The notes below the pieces were generated by a model, which was not told the DNA's origin, ran no database searches, and was given only the letters and a program-made list of their open reading frames with translations. A stretch of DNA of 64,000 bases from Prevotella sp. (lineage in GTDB: Bacteria; Bacteroidota; Bacteroidia; Bacteroidales; Bacteroidaceae). The stretch covers positions 142,079-206,078 of the forward strand of contig JAFYYV010000001.1 of assembly GCA_017557405.1 (NCBI GenBank). Direction: 5' to 3'. Below, in pieces: positions 48,205-57,621 of the stretch. The position numbers and the translations under genes were made by a program. Positions within the stretch are counted from its first letter, which is position 1, and each line of letters opens with the position of its first letter.

Positions 48205-50214
48205 ATGAAAAGAGTTTTCATATTATTGGCAATCGTATGGTTCTCATGCTTTGCAGCTATCACTACAAAGGCTGCGAGCATCGGAACTTGGAATGCTTAT
48301 ATGGCCTATCACGATATTACAGAGATTGAGCAGACAGGACATCTGGTGTATGTCTTGGCTTCGAAAAGTCTCTATGTCTATAACACCAACGACCAAAGTA
48401 TTCAAACTTTTGACAAAGTGAACCTGTTGAACGATTGCAACATCGCTCATATTGCTTGGTGTAAAGATGCCAAAATACTCATTATCGTATATGAAAATCA
48501 AAACATCGATTTGCTCGATAATAACAACGACATCATCAATATCTCCGACTATTATTCGAAATCGTTGACTGGCAACAAAACTGTCAACAGCATCTATATC
48601 GATGGTATTTATGCTTATCTGGCTGCTGGATTCGGAATTGTGAAGATAAACATGTCAAAAGCCGAAATCAGCGATTCCTACAATCTAGGATTCAATGTTA
48701 ACTATGTCTATATAGAAGGCGATTATATTTACGCATCTTCCAAACAAAGAGGCACCTATCGAGCCAATATGAGTACCAACTTGCTTGATAACACCAATTG
48801 GACGTGGGCGAGCGCATTTGTTGACAAAGCAAAACCGCTGGATCAACAACTATTGGCTACATTGAAAACCTTGAAACCGGGAGGTCCGCAAACGAACGAT
48901 TTCTCGTTCATGAAGTTCTATAACGGACAACTCTATACTTCCAACGGATTGACTGACAAGACGGGAAACATCCAAGTGCTCAAAGATGATGAATGGTCAA
49001 TGTTCCAAAACCAGAATATCACTCAAACCACTGGTTATACTTTCCCTGGAATCGTTTGCTTCGACATCGATCCTTTGGATGAAACCCACGTATTCGGATG
49101 CTCTAGAAATGGTGTCTATGAGTTCCGAAATGGAGAGTTTGTCAAGCATTACAATCACAAGAACTCACCCATTGAGATTTTCGATGGCATACACGATGAA
49201 TATGAGCTCGTAGAGGCCTTGAAATTCGACAATGAAGGAAATCTGTGGTGTTTGAACAGCCAAGCGCCCAACCAATGTATTTTGAAGCTTGACAGAGGCG
49301 GAAAATGGGAGAGTTTCCATCATTCTGAATTGATGAAACTGAACGATGATGTAGATAACAAGAGTTTGGCTACATTGGAACGAATGATATTGGATAGTAG
49401 GAATCTGCTTTGGTTTGTCAACGACCACTGGAATCTTCCATCGTTGTATTGCTACAATCCCAATACAGATGAAATAACCGCTTACACCAAAATCACCAAC
49501 CAAGACGCCACTTCTTATTCGTTCGATTACATTCATTGCGTGAAGGAAGACAAATCAGGTCGTATCTGGATTGGAACGAATGTAGGACCTTTCTATCTAG
49601 AACCATCCGAATTCAATAGTTCTGATCCTGTTTTCACACAGGTGAAAGTACCACGAAACGATGGAACCAACTATGCTGACTATCTGCTGAGTGGTGTTGA
49701 CATCTCGGCTATTGCTGTTGATGCAGGTGGCCGTAAATGGTTTGGTACATACGGAAATGGCGTTTATCTCATCAGCGAAGACAATCTCACCCAACTGCAG
49801 CACTTCACAACAAGTAATAGCAAACTCATCTCTGACAATATTGAAGACATCGCCATCAACGACAAAACGGGGGAAGTTTACTTTGCAACCAGCAACGGAC
49901 TTTGCTCATATATGAGCGATGCAACTACTCCCAACGAGGAGATGAACAAAGACAACGTATATGCTTATCCCAATCCAGTAACGCCTGAGTATACAGGTCT
50001 TATTACGATTGTTGGACTTTCATATAATGCCGATATCAAAATCGTAACCAGTAGCGGTCAACTCATTGCTGAAGGAAGAAGCAATGGTGGTTCGTTTACT
50101 TGGAATGGACGCGACAAAGAAGGTAAACGAGTGGCATCGGGTGTATATATGGTCATGAGTTCCACTCAAGAAGGAAAGAAAGGAACAGTATGCAAAATAG
50201 CCGTTGTCAACTGA
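48205..50214 (+). CDS. Beta-propeller protein with T9SS C-terminal domain, PorZ-like
   Basis: Signal peptide. Two-component-regulator-propeller-like repeats (RIWIGTNVGPFY, RKWFGTYGNGVYL). CTD YAYPNPVTPEYTGLITIVGL...GVYMV. I prefer the ATG at 48205 over the tracked TTG at 48196. Confidence 0.5.
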   Translation: MKRVFILLAIVWFSCFAAITTKAASIGTWNAYMAYHDITEIEQTGHLVYVLASKSLYVYNTNDQSIQTFDKVNLLNDCNIAHIAWCKDAKILIIVYENQNIDLLDNNNDIINISDYYSKSLTGNKTVNSIYIDGIYAYLAAGFGIVKINMSKAEISDSYNLGFNVNYVYIEGDYIYASSKQRGTYRANMSTNLLDNTNWTWASAFVDKAKPLDQQLLATLKTLKPGGPQTNDFSFMKFYNGQLYTSNGLTDKTGNIQVLKDDEWSMFQNQNITQTTGYTFPGIVCFDIDPLDETHVFGCSRNGVYEFRNGEFVKHYNHKNSPIEIFDGIHDEYELVEALKFDNEGNLWCLNSQAPNQCILKLDRGGKWESFHHSELMKLNDDVDNKSLATLERMILDSRNLLWFVNDHWNLPSLYCYNPNTDEITAYTKITNQDATSYSFDYIHCVKEDKSGRIWIGTNVGPFYLEPSEFNSSDPVFTQVKVPRNDGTNYADYLLSGVDISAIAVDAGGRKWFGTYGNGVYLISEDNLTQLQHFTTSNSKLISDNIEDIAINDKTGEVYFATSNGLCSYMSDATTPNEEMNKDNVYAYPNPVTPEYTGLITIVGLSYNADIKIVTSSGQLIAEGRSNGGSFTWNGRDKEGKRVASGVYMVMSSTQEGKKGTVCKIAVVN

Positions 50215-51632
50215 TTTATGGCATTATCATTGTCATACTGCTCACTCCTTTGTTTCTCGTAGGTGCTATCTCTATCCTTCCTACCTTCGATGATTGGACT
50301 TCATTGGTCTCTCCATCATTCGAACCTTTCTTTTCAAAAGAACGTTTTCTTTTCTTTGGTTATCATTGGCGACCATTTGATTCCATATTCGGTTATATTG
50401 TAGGACTCAATCCGCAAACGCTTTTCCCACTTCTCAATCACATTTGTGTGGTCTTAGGTCATGTTTGTAGCACTATACTATTGTTCATTCTTGCACGGAA
50501 GCTTCAACTAAGTAAACTTGCCTGCAACCTCGCAACACTCTTTTTCTTTCTTTCTCCGGGAATGTTGGCAACTGTACTGGCAGTTGACGGACTCAACCAA
50601 ACTTACGCCAACGTATGGGCATTAATCGCCACCTTATCCTATCTTTCAATGTCGGGTTGGAAGAAATATGTGGTTTGGCTCTTCTTCATTTTCATCGCCA
50701 CCCTTTGCAAGGAAAACGCATTGATGTGGGCATTAATCGCACCGATTATCGCATACGTTTTTGATTTTACAAACCGCACAACATTTCGCAAAGACTTGCT
50801 GATAGGAATAGGGTTAATCATCGCTTATTTCCTCGCAATTCTCTTGTTTCCCAGCAACATCGATATTCATCCTGAATACGTACCAAGCATTGGAAAGACA
50901 TTCAAGGATTTCTTCAAATTCCTGCTTTCCACTTGGTTTGCCGTTGATTTTGTCAGTTTGCTCCATCAACCCAGCAGAAATCTCATCATCGCAATAGCAA
51001 CCCTCTTGTTGTCTTTGCCGCTTGTCTATTTCATCTTCATCAAGAACTTCAAATCGTTCAGCGACAAACGTCTGATAGGTCTTGTTATCTGCTTACTGAT
51101 AGCTGTTGCCCCACATATTTTCACGGTTTTCAGCATGATGCACACCTATGCAGGATTGGCAATTGCAGCGTTGATAATCGGAGTCGTTATCACCAAACTC
51201 AATCACTCAAAAACTCAAAAACTAATATACCTTCCTTTCATCGCTTATTTCATTTCAGCTGTCTTTGTTGATGTTCATCTTTGGCATGAATCCTACAAAT
51301 CGGGATTGGTTGGTAAGCAGATGGCGCAACAAGCCATTGAGAAAACCTTGCAAGCAACGGCTGCTCCCAATTCAGTTGAAATCATCATTATAGAGGATGA
51401 TTATCCACGTCTTTCATCGTTTTGTGTAATTCCATCCGATGCATTTGGATGGGGTAGGGCGGTGCAACATGAAACCAACTATCAATGGCCTACTCAACTG
51501 AATGATACGACTATCGAACGCAATAATCAATCGAAAGAAACAGCATTGAAATTGGCGCAACAAACCATCAACGAGAAGAAAGCCGATTGTGTTTGGATTG
51601 TTGACAAAAAGGAAATTGAGGTTGTCAAATAA
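50190..51632 (+). CDS. Polytopic membrane protein, GT-C-like (ArnT/GtrC-type) glycosyltransferase candidate
   Basis: About 10 or more hydrophobic helices followed by a ~110-aa soluble tail. No diagnostic motif recognised. Overlaps the upstream gene by 25 nt. Confidence 0.4.
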   Translation: MQNSRCQLIYGIIIVILLTPLFLVGAISILPTFDDWTSLVSPSFEPFFSKERFLFFGYHWRPFDSIFGYIVGLNPQTLFPLLNHICVVLGHVCSTILLFILARKLQLSKLACNLATLFFFLSPGMLATVLAVDGLNQTYANVWALIATLSYLSMSGWKKYVVWLFFIFIATLCKENALMWALIAPIIAYVFDFTNRTTFRKDLLIGIGLIIAYFLAILLFPSNIDIHPEYVPSIGKTFKDFFKFLLSTWFAVDFVSLLHQPSRNLIIAIATLLLSLPLVYFIFIKNFKSFSDKRLIGLVICLLIAVAPHIFTVFSMMHTYAGLAIAALIIGVVITKLNHSKTQKLIYLPFIAYFISAVFVDVHLWHESYKSGLVGKQMAQQAIEKTLQATAAPNSVEIIIIEDDYPRLSSFCVIPSDAFGWGRAVQHETNYQWPTQLNDTTIERNNQSKETALKLAQQTINEKKADCVWIVDKKEIEVVK

Positions 51633-51662
51633 GATTTTTTTATAAAGCATTACTTTAGTTTT

Positions 51663-51747
51663 GTCAAAGACCACAAATGACCGTGTTAAAACATAGCTTT
51701 GACCTCGTCATTCCATAGCTTTGACGAGGTCAAAGACCATCAATGAC
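51663..51747. repeat. Four 22-bp mosaic repeat units in mixed orientation forming a 13-bp-stem hairpin
   Basis: Reverse, forward, forward, reverse units. CTTTGACCTCGTC (51697-51709) pairs with GACGAGGTCAAAG (51723-51735). Lies between convergent genes. Confidence 0.8.
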
Positions 51748-51757
51748 AAAACCTATA

Positions 51758-52687
51758 TTAAATACCTTCTTGCTCGCTTATCAAATAGACAGGACGATTC
51801 TTCGTTTCATGGAAAACACGTCCCAGATATTCACCTATAATACCTAACGACAACAACTGAACACCACCCAAGAAAAGAATGAGAATCACCAACGTTGGAT
51901 AACCTTGAACGGGTTCGCCATAAAGAATGGTCTTTACCAAAACGTAGCACATATAAATGAATGCCACCAACGAAACTACAATTCCAACAACCGTTGAAAT
52001 TCGTAGTGGAGCGGTAGTATAAGAGGTGATTCCCTCGATTGCCAGGTTGAAAAGCCGATGATAACTGAACGATGATTTTCCTTTCTCACGATCAGCTTGC
52101 TGGAAACTGATTTTCTTCTTTTTGAATCCAATCCAACAATAAAGTCCTTTCGTATAACGCTGAGTTTCACGTAGTTTCTTCAAGGAATCAATGCATTTTC
52201 TGTCCAACAATCGGAAATCTCCTACATTGGGAAGCACGTCCACTTTTGCCATTCGTTGCAACAACCGATAATAAAGCATCGAAAGTTTCCTACGCAACCA
52301 ACTTTCCTTTCCTCTGTTCAACCGTTCAGCATATACATCATCATATCCTGACTCCCATTCAGCAATCATTTCAGCCATCAAATGGGGTGGATGTTGAAGG
52401 TCAGCATCCATGATGATTACAGCATCGCCAGTTATATGATCGAAGCCGGCTAACATAGCATTCTCTTTGCCGAAATTACGGGAAAGACTGATGAAACAAA
52501 CCCTCTCATCTCGTTCACGCAATTGTTTGATGCGCGACAATGTATCATCAAAGCTTCCATCATCAACGAAAACAATCTCCCATTGATAACCATTGATTTT
52601 GGCTATGCTTTCCACAAGCGCATCATACAACTTTTCTACATTTTCCTGCTCATTATGGCAAGGAACGAGAATAGAGATTTTCTTCAT
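51758..52687 (-). CDS. Family 2 glycosyltransferase, polyprenyl-phosphate sugar synthase type (GtrB/ArnC-like)
   Basis: ISILVPCHNE, FVDDGSFD, DADLQHPP motifs, plus two C-terminal TM helices. Confidence 0.85.
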   Translation of the reverse strand: MKKISILVPCHNEQENVEKLYDALVESIAKINGYQWEIVFVDDGSFDDTLSRIKQLRERDERVCFISLSRNFGKENAMLAGFDHITGDAVIIMDADLQHPPHLMAEMIAEWESGYDDVYAERLNRGKESWLRRKLSMLYYRLLQRMAKVDVLPNVGDFRLLDRKCIDSLKKLRETQRYTKGLYCWIGFKKKKISFQQADREKGKSSFSYHRLFNLAIEGITSYTTAPLRISTVVGIVVSLVAFIYMCYVLVKTILYGEPVQGYPTLVILILFLGGVQLLSLGIIGEYLGRVFHETKNRPVYLISEQEGI

Positions 52688-52730
52688 CTCCTCTTTTATA
52701 ATTTTTTAATTTTATAATTTTATAATTACC

Positions 52731-53720
52731 CTAAGAGAGTTCCAGCATTCGATTAATGGACTTCACGGCTTCTTTAGCCACCTCTTCATCAACCTCTACT
52801 GTCGGCCATTCATATTTCAAAGTATTGTAGATTTTCTGAAGAGAATTCATCTTCATATATTCACATTCGTTGCATTGACAACCAATGCTTCCTTCGCTGA
52901 TTTCTGGTGGAACAGGATAGAAAGCAGTATCGGGACATGAACGTTGCATTTCATGCAAAATACCCGATTCTGTGGCCACTATATATTCATTCTCTGGATG
53001 CTCTTGTGCATATTTCAACATCACAGCTGTTGAACCCACCACATCAGCCAAAGCCAATACAGGACCTTTGCACTCCAAATGAGCCATTACAATCGCATCA
53101 GGATGTTCTTCCATCAATTTCACAATCTCAGCCACCGAGAAACGTTCATGAACATGACAACCTCCCTGCCAAAGAAGCATCTCACGACCTGTTACAGAAT
53201 TGATATAGGAACCCAAATTATAGTCAGGGCCAAAGATGATTTTTGCATCTTCAGGGAATGAATCGATGATTTTCTTGGCATTTCCACTTGTAACTACCAC
53301 ATCTGTCAATGCTTTCACGGCAGCTGTGGTATTCACATAGCTCACCACCTGATAACCAGGATGCTCTTCTTTGAACTTCTTCAAATCCTCAGCCTTGCAT
53401 GAATCAGCCAACGAACAACCAGCATTCAAATCAGGAGCCAATACAGTCTTCTCTGGTGAAAGTATCTTACAAGTCTCAGCCATGAAGTGAACACCACACA
53501 TGACCATCATCTTCGCATCTGTCTCAGCAGCTTTGCGAGCCAAAGCCAACGAGTCGCCCACAAAGTCGGCAATGTCTTGTATATCGCCAATGGTATAATA
53601 GTGAGCCAATATGATGGCATCTTTTTCCTCACACATACGGCGAATCTCGGCTTTTACATCAATGTCTTCAGGTAGAGGCTCATCTATATAACCTTTTTCA
53701 ATCCATTCTTTTTTCAACAT
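52731..53720 (-). CDS. nadA: Quinolinate synthase
   Basis: NadA type motifs ILAHYY, VMCGVHFMAET, three-fold repeat layout, and C-terminal cysteine pattern. Confidence 0.93.
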   Translation of the reverse strand: MLKKEWIEKGYIDEPLPEDIDVKAEIRRMCEEKDAIILAHYYTIGDIQDIADFVGDSLALARKAAETDAKMMVMCGVHFMAETCKILSPEKTVLAPDLNAGCSLADSCKAEDLKKFKEEHPGYQVVSYVNTTAAVKALTDVVVTSGNAKKIIDSFPEDAKIIFGPDYNLGSYINSVTGREMLLWQGGCHVHERFSVAEIVKLMEEHPDAIVMAHLECKGPVLALADVVGSTAVMLKYAQEHPENEYIVATESGILHEMQRSCPDTAFYPVPPEISEGSIGCQCNECEYMKMNSLQKIYNTLKYEWPTVEVDEEVAKEAVKSINRMLELS

Positions 53721-53849
53721 CGTTTATTTATTCTTTTATTTTAATTTTAAATTTATAAAAAATACAATCAGAACAAGAAGTGCTGTGAATTGGTTTAAAA
53801 CTTTTTCTCACTTTTCTTGCTTGTTTCATTATCAACCCGTGGTTTTGTA

Positions 53850-54115
53850 TTATTCACAATGACTGTTAATTTTTTTTTGTTGACTATCAATAGAATAAAT
53901 ACTTTATCCACAATTCTGCATTTCGGTGCAAATATAATAAGTTTATATCTTTTTTCGTCATGTTTTAGTGGAAAACTTGCAAAAAAGTCAATAAAAACTA
54001 TGTGGAAATCCACCTTTCGGATGGTTGGAAATTGTTTTGTGTGATTATTCACAAAGTTTTCCACATAGTTATTAACATCATTTTCCACAATTATTTGGAT
54101 GAATATCGTGAATAA
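53850..54115 (+). promoter_or_regulatory. Cluster of DnaA-box-like 9-mers (five TTWTNCACA matches in one orientation plus three 8/9 matches on the other strand)
   Basis: TTATTCACA 53850, TTATCCACA 53904, TTATTCACA 54045, TTTTCCACA 54057, TTTTCCACA 54081. The opposite strand has 8/9 matches at 53967, 54001 and 54107. An A/T-pure tract lies at 53721-53780. Confidence 0.55.
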
Positions 54116-54119
54116 ATAG

Positions 54120-54127
54120 TATTTTTG
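54120..54127 (+). promoter_or_regulatory. -7 promoter box TAttTTTG for the peptidase gene
   Basis: TAnnTTTG match 19 nt upstream of the ATG at 54147. Confidence 0.5.
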
Positions 54128-54146
54128 CAAACATAAAGAGATTGTC

Positions 54147-55220
54147 ATGAGAAAATCGATTTCATACATATTCGTGTTGATCATATTGCTTTGTTCCTGT
54201 CGGCAACAACCGACAGAGCACAAACGTATGATGTTCAAAGATGAGGTTCGATTGAAAACCACTCCTATCCAGAATCAAGGAAAAAGTCAATTATGTTGGA
54301 TTTATGCGATGCTAGGTACAATTGAGACCGAACATTTGATGCAAGGAGATTCTGTGGTATTGTCAACTGATTATGTAACTCGAATGTTTTTATTGGAACA
54401 AGCTCGTCAACGCTATTTGATGAGAACCAAAAATAGTCAGAATTCGAAAAATGAAAACATCTCTATGCGTGGTATGATGCCAATGACTATACATCTGTTG
54501 GAACAATATGGAATAGAACCAATGGCAAGTTATCATGCACCTGACAATATCAATTATGGTGTTATAGGTCGCAAAATAGATCAAATTATAAATGTGGCTT
54601 TGACTCGAAGAGTAGGTTTGAAGAACCTTGAACAACAAGTGAATGACTTGTTGGATACTTCAATAGATTATATGCCACAATTTGTTTTCATGCTTGGAGC
54701 TGAATATACACCATTGGAGTTTGCTCATAGTGTTTGTCAGAAAGATGAATATGAAGCATATACATCGTTCACACATCATCCTTTTGGCACATCTTTTGTA
54801 TTAGAGGTAGCTGACAATCAAATGAATGATAGTTTTATGAATGTGCCTCTGGATACATTGATTAATCGAATTGATAGTTCTCTTCAATCAGGTCATCCTG
54901 TTTGTTGGGAGGGAGATACCAGTGAACCAGGTTTCTCTTTTAGAAATGGTGTAGCTCAATTGGATTCTATCCAACAAGTTTCGATGAAATCTATAAAAAA
55001 TGAAGAAATCCAGACATTACGCCAACTACAATTCGAGCAATTTAAGACAACAGATGATCATTGTATGGTGCTTGTAGGAATCGCTCGTGATGAAAAAAAC
55101 GAAAAATATTATATAGCGAAGAATTCGTGGGGAAAGAATAATGTATTTGGTGGTTTTATGTATTTGTCAGAATATTATGTGAAGTTGAAAACCATTGCTG
55201 TAATATTGAGAAGGGAATGA
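54147..55220 (+). CDS. Papain-like (C1 family) cysteine peptidase lipoprotein
   Basis: Lipobox LLCSC. Catalytic Cys context NQGKSQLCWIYA; His/Asn context DHCMVLVG...KNSWG. Confidence 0.65.
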   Translation: MRKSISYIFVLIILLCSCRQQPTEHKRMMFKDEVRLKTTPIQNQGKSQLCWIYAMLGTIETEHLMQGDSVVLSTDYVTRMFLLEQARQRYLMRTKNSQNSKNENISMRGMMPMTIHLLEQYGIEPMASYHAPDNINYGVIGRKIDQIINVALTRRVGLKNLEQQVNDLLDTSIDYMPQFVFMLGAEYTPLEFAHSVCQKDEYEAYTSFTHHPFGTSFVLEVADNQMNDSFMNVPLDTLINRIDSSLQSGHPVCWEGDTSEPGFSFRNGVAQLDSIQQVSMKSIKNEEIQTLRQLQFEQFKTTDDHCMVLVGIARDEKNEKYYIAKNSWGKNNVFGGFMYLSEYYVKLKTIAVILRRE

Positions 55221-55861
55221 AGGATATAGAATGCTACATTTTTGATTTTGATGGCACGCTTGCTGATACACAGGGCATCATCACCAAAACGATGATGATG
55301 ACCATTGATAAATTGCAGTTGGAAAAACGAACTGTTGAGCAATGTCGTGCAATGATTGGATTACCACTTGCTGAAGCGTTCATTACATTGTTAGGTGTTG
55401 ACGAGCAAACGGCTGATTTATGTGCAGCCACATATCGACGTATATTCATTGATAATAATGTACAAGGTGCTGTCAAATTGTTTCCTCATGTATTCGAAAC
55501 ATTGCATCAATTGCATCAAAAAGGTTGCACATTGACAATTGCAACAAGCCGTAGTCATGCTTCTGTTGTCCAGTTCTTGGAGGATATGAATCTTTTGGAT
55601 ATTGTTTCCTATATCTTGGGAGCAGATGATGTTGAACGTGCAAAACCAAATCCTTTCCCCGTTTTGAAGACATTGGATGAATTAGGTTTTAAACCTGAAG
55701 AAACAATGGTAGTTGGGGATACTTCGTTCGATATTCTGATGGGTGTTCATGCAGGTGTTCGAACTTGTGGTGTTACCTATGGAAATGGAACGATTGAGCA
55801 GTTAGAAGAAGCTCATGCTGATTACATTATCGATGATTTTGCTTGGTTGGCAAAAGAATAG
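55217..55861 (+). CDS. HAD-superfamily hydrolase (phosphoglycolate phosphatase-like)
   Basis: Motif I FDFDGTLADT, motif II ATSR, motif IV VGDTSFD; 4-nt overlap with the upstream gene. Confidence 0.85.
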   Translation: MKDIECYIFDFDGTLADTQGIITKTMMMTIDKLQLEKRTVEQCRAMIGLPLAEAFITLLGVDEQTADLCAATYRRIFIDNNVQGAVKLFPHVFETLHQLHQKGCTLTIATSRSHASVVQFLEDMNLLDIVSYILGADDVERAKPNPFPVLKTLDELGFKPEETMVVGDTSFDILMGVHAGVRTCGVTYGNGTIEQLEEAHADYIIDDFAWLAKE

Positions 55862-55899
55862 AAAAAAGGATAAGTTGACATTATATAAAATATTATTCG

Positions 55900-55907
55900 T
55901 AACTTTG
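55900..55907 (+). promoter_or_regulatory. -7 promoter box TAacTTTG only 5 nt before the U32 ATG
   Basis: A TAnnTTTG match ends at 55907 and the ATG is at 55913. Confidence 0.45.
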
Positions 55908-55912
55908 CAGCC

Positions 55913-57157
55913 ATGAATTCATTACAAGACTTTGAGATAATGGCTCCTGTGGGGTCGCGTGATTCACTTTCTGCCGCTATCAAGGCGGGTGCAGGAAGTG
56001 TATATTTCGGCATTGGAAAGCTGAACATGCGTTCTCATTCTGCCAATCATTTCACAATTGATGACCTTCGTGAGATTGCTGAAACATGCAACGAAGTTGG
56101 CATTAAAACTTATCTCACAGTAAACACCATCATTTATGATAATGATATGGAGACGATGCGTGAGATTTGTAATGCTGCACACGAAGCTTGTATTACAGCT
56201 GTCATCGCTTCTGATGTGGCTGTAATGACCTATTGCCGTCAGATTGGTCTTGAAGTTCATTTGTCTACCCAATTGAATATCTCAAACATAGAGGCTTTGC
56301 GTTTCTATGCGCAATTTGCTGATGTGGTGGTCTTGGCTCGCGAGTTGAATATGGATCAAGTGGCCGAGATTCACAAGCAGATTATTGAACAAGATATCAG
56401 AGGTCCTCATGGTGACTTGGTTCGCATTGAGATGTTCTGTCATGGAGCCTTATGTATGGCGGTTTCTGGAAAATGCTATATGAGTCTTCACGATGCCAAC
56501 CGATCGGCTAATCGAGGTGAATGCATTCAGATTTGCCGCCGTAGTTATATATTGACTGATGCTGAAACGGGTAATGAAATAGAGGTGGACAACAAATATC
56601 TGATGAGTCCCAAGGATTTGAAAACCATTCGTTTCATCGACCGTTTGATGAATAGTGGTGTGCGAGTGTTCAAAATCGAAGGTCGCGCACGAGGTCCTGA
56701 ATATGTCTATACGGTTGTCAATTGTTACAAGGAAGCAATGAAAGCCGTACTTGATGGTACGTTCACCGAAGAGAAGAAAGATGAATGGGATCGCCAGTTG
56801 GCAACAGTTTTCAATCGTGGTTTCTGGGATGGTTATTATCAAGGTCAACGTTTGGGTGAATGGAATGAGAATTATGGATCAAATGCTACCGAGAAGAAAG
56901 TGTTGGTAGGCAAAGTGATTCGATATTTCTCTCGCATCGGCGTTGCTGAAGTAGCTGTCGAGGCAACAACTTTCAGTTTGGGTGATAAGCTTTTGATTAC
57001 AGGTCCCACAACTGGCGCATTGTGGTTAGAAGCAAAGGAAATTCGTTATGACCTGAAACCTGTTGAAACAGCATTGCAACGGCAGCGTGTTTCTATTCCT
57101 GTACCCGAGAAGGTGAGACCGAACGACAAACTTTTCAAGTTGATTAGTGTGGAATAA
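55913..57157 (+). CDS. Peptidase U32 family protein (PrtC/collagenase-like)
   Basis: EIMAPVGS...AGAGSVYFG entry, TIM-barrel-like core, and the conserved cysteine segment CHGALCMAVSGKC. Confidence 0.88.
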   Translation: MNSLQDFEIMAPVGSRDSLSAAIKAGAGSVYFGIGKLNMRSHSANHFTIDDLREIAETCNEVGIKTYLTVNTIIYDNDMETMREICNAAHEACITAVIASDVAVMTYCRQIGLEVHLSTQLNISNIEALRFYAQFADVVVLARELNMDQVAEIHKQIIEQDIRGPHGDLVRIEMFCHGALCMAVSGKCYMSLHDANRSANRGECIQICRRSYILTDAETGNEIEVDNKYLMSPKDLKTIRFIDRLMNSGVRVFKIEGRARGPEYVYTVVNCYKEAMKAVLDGTFTEEKKDEWDRQLATVFNRGFWDGYYQGQRLGEWNENYGSNATEKKVLVGKVIRYFSRIGVAEVAVEATTFSLGDKLLITGPTTGALWLEAKEIRYDLKPVETALQRQRVSIPVPEKVRPNDKLFKLISVE

Positions 57158-57171
57158 AAAAGAATAAGATA

Positions 57172-57621
57172 ATGGCAACAATAGATGAATTACAAAACGA
57201 AGTAATAGAACAATTTGCTGATTTTGACGATTGGATGGATCGTTATCAATTGCTCATTGATTTAGGAAATGATTTGGAGCCACTTGACGAGCAATATAAG
57301 ATAGAACAAAATTTGATAGATGGTTGTCAAAGTCGTGTTTGGTTGCAATGTGATGAACACGATGGAAAGCTTTGGTTTACTGCAGAAAGCGATGCACTTA
57401 TCGTGAAGGGAATCATAGCTTTGCTCATTCATGTGCTTAGTGGTCAAACACCACAAGACATTCTTGATGCTGACTTGTATTTCATTGAGAAAATAGGATT
57501 AAGTGAGCATTTGTCTCCTACGCGTTCGAATGGTCTTTTGGCGATGGTGAAGCAAATCAAAGCTTATGCATTGGCGTATTCTGTAAACAAGAAATCGTTT
57601 CCTCAAAGCGAAGAAAACTAA
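57172..57621 (+). CDS. SufE-like sulfur acceptor protein
   Basis: Active-site context IDGCQSRVWL and the SufE fold-length protein. Confidence 0.85.
   Translation: MATIDELQNEVIEQFADFDDWMDRYQLLIDLGNDLEPLDEQYKIEQNLIDGCQSRVWLQCDEHDGKLWFTAESDALIVKGIIALLIHVLSGQTPQDILDADLYFIEKIGLSEHLSPTRSNGLLAMVKQIKAYALAYSVNKKSFPQSEEN

Noticed and set aside
53795-54262. 155-aa minus-strand ORF, and a 75-aa plus-strand ORF at 53817-54044, in the nadA/peptidase gap
   Set aside because: The sequences are low-complexity and A/T-driven. The first overlaps the start of the peptidase gene and its promoter box. The region is better explained by the DnaA-box cluster.
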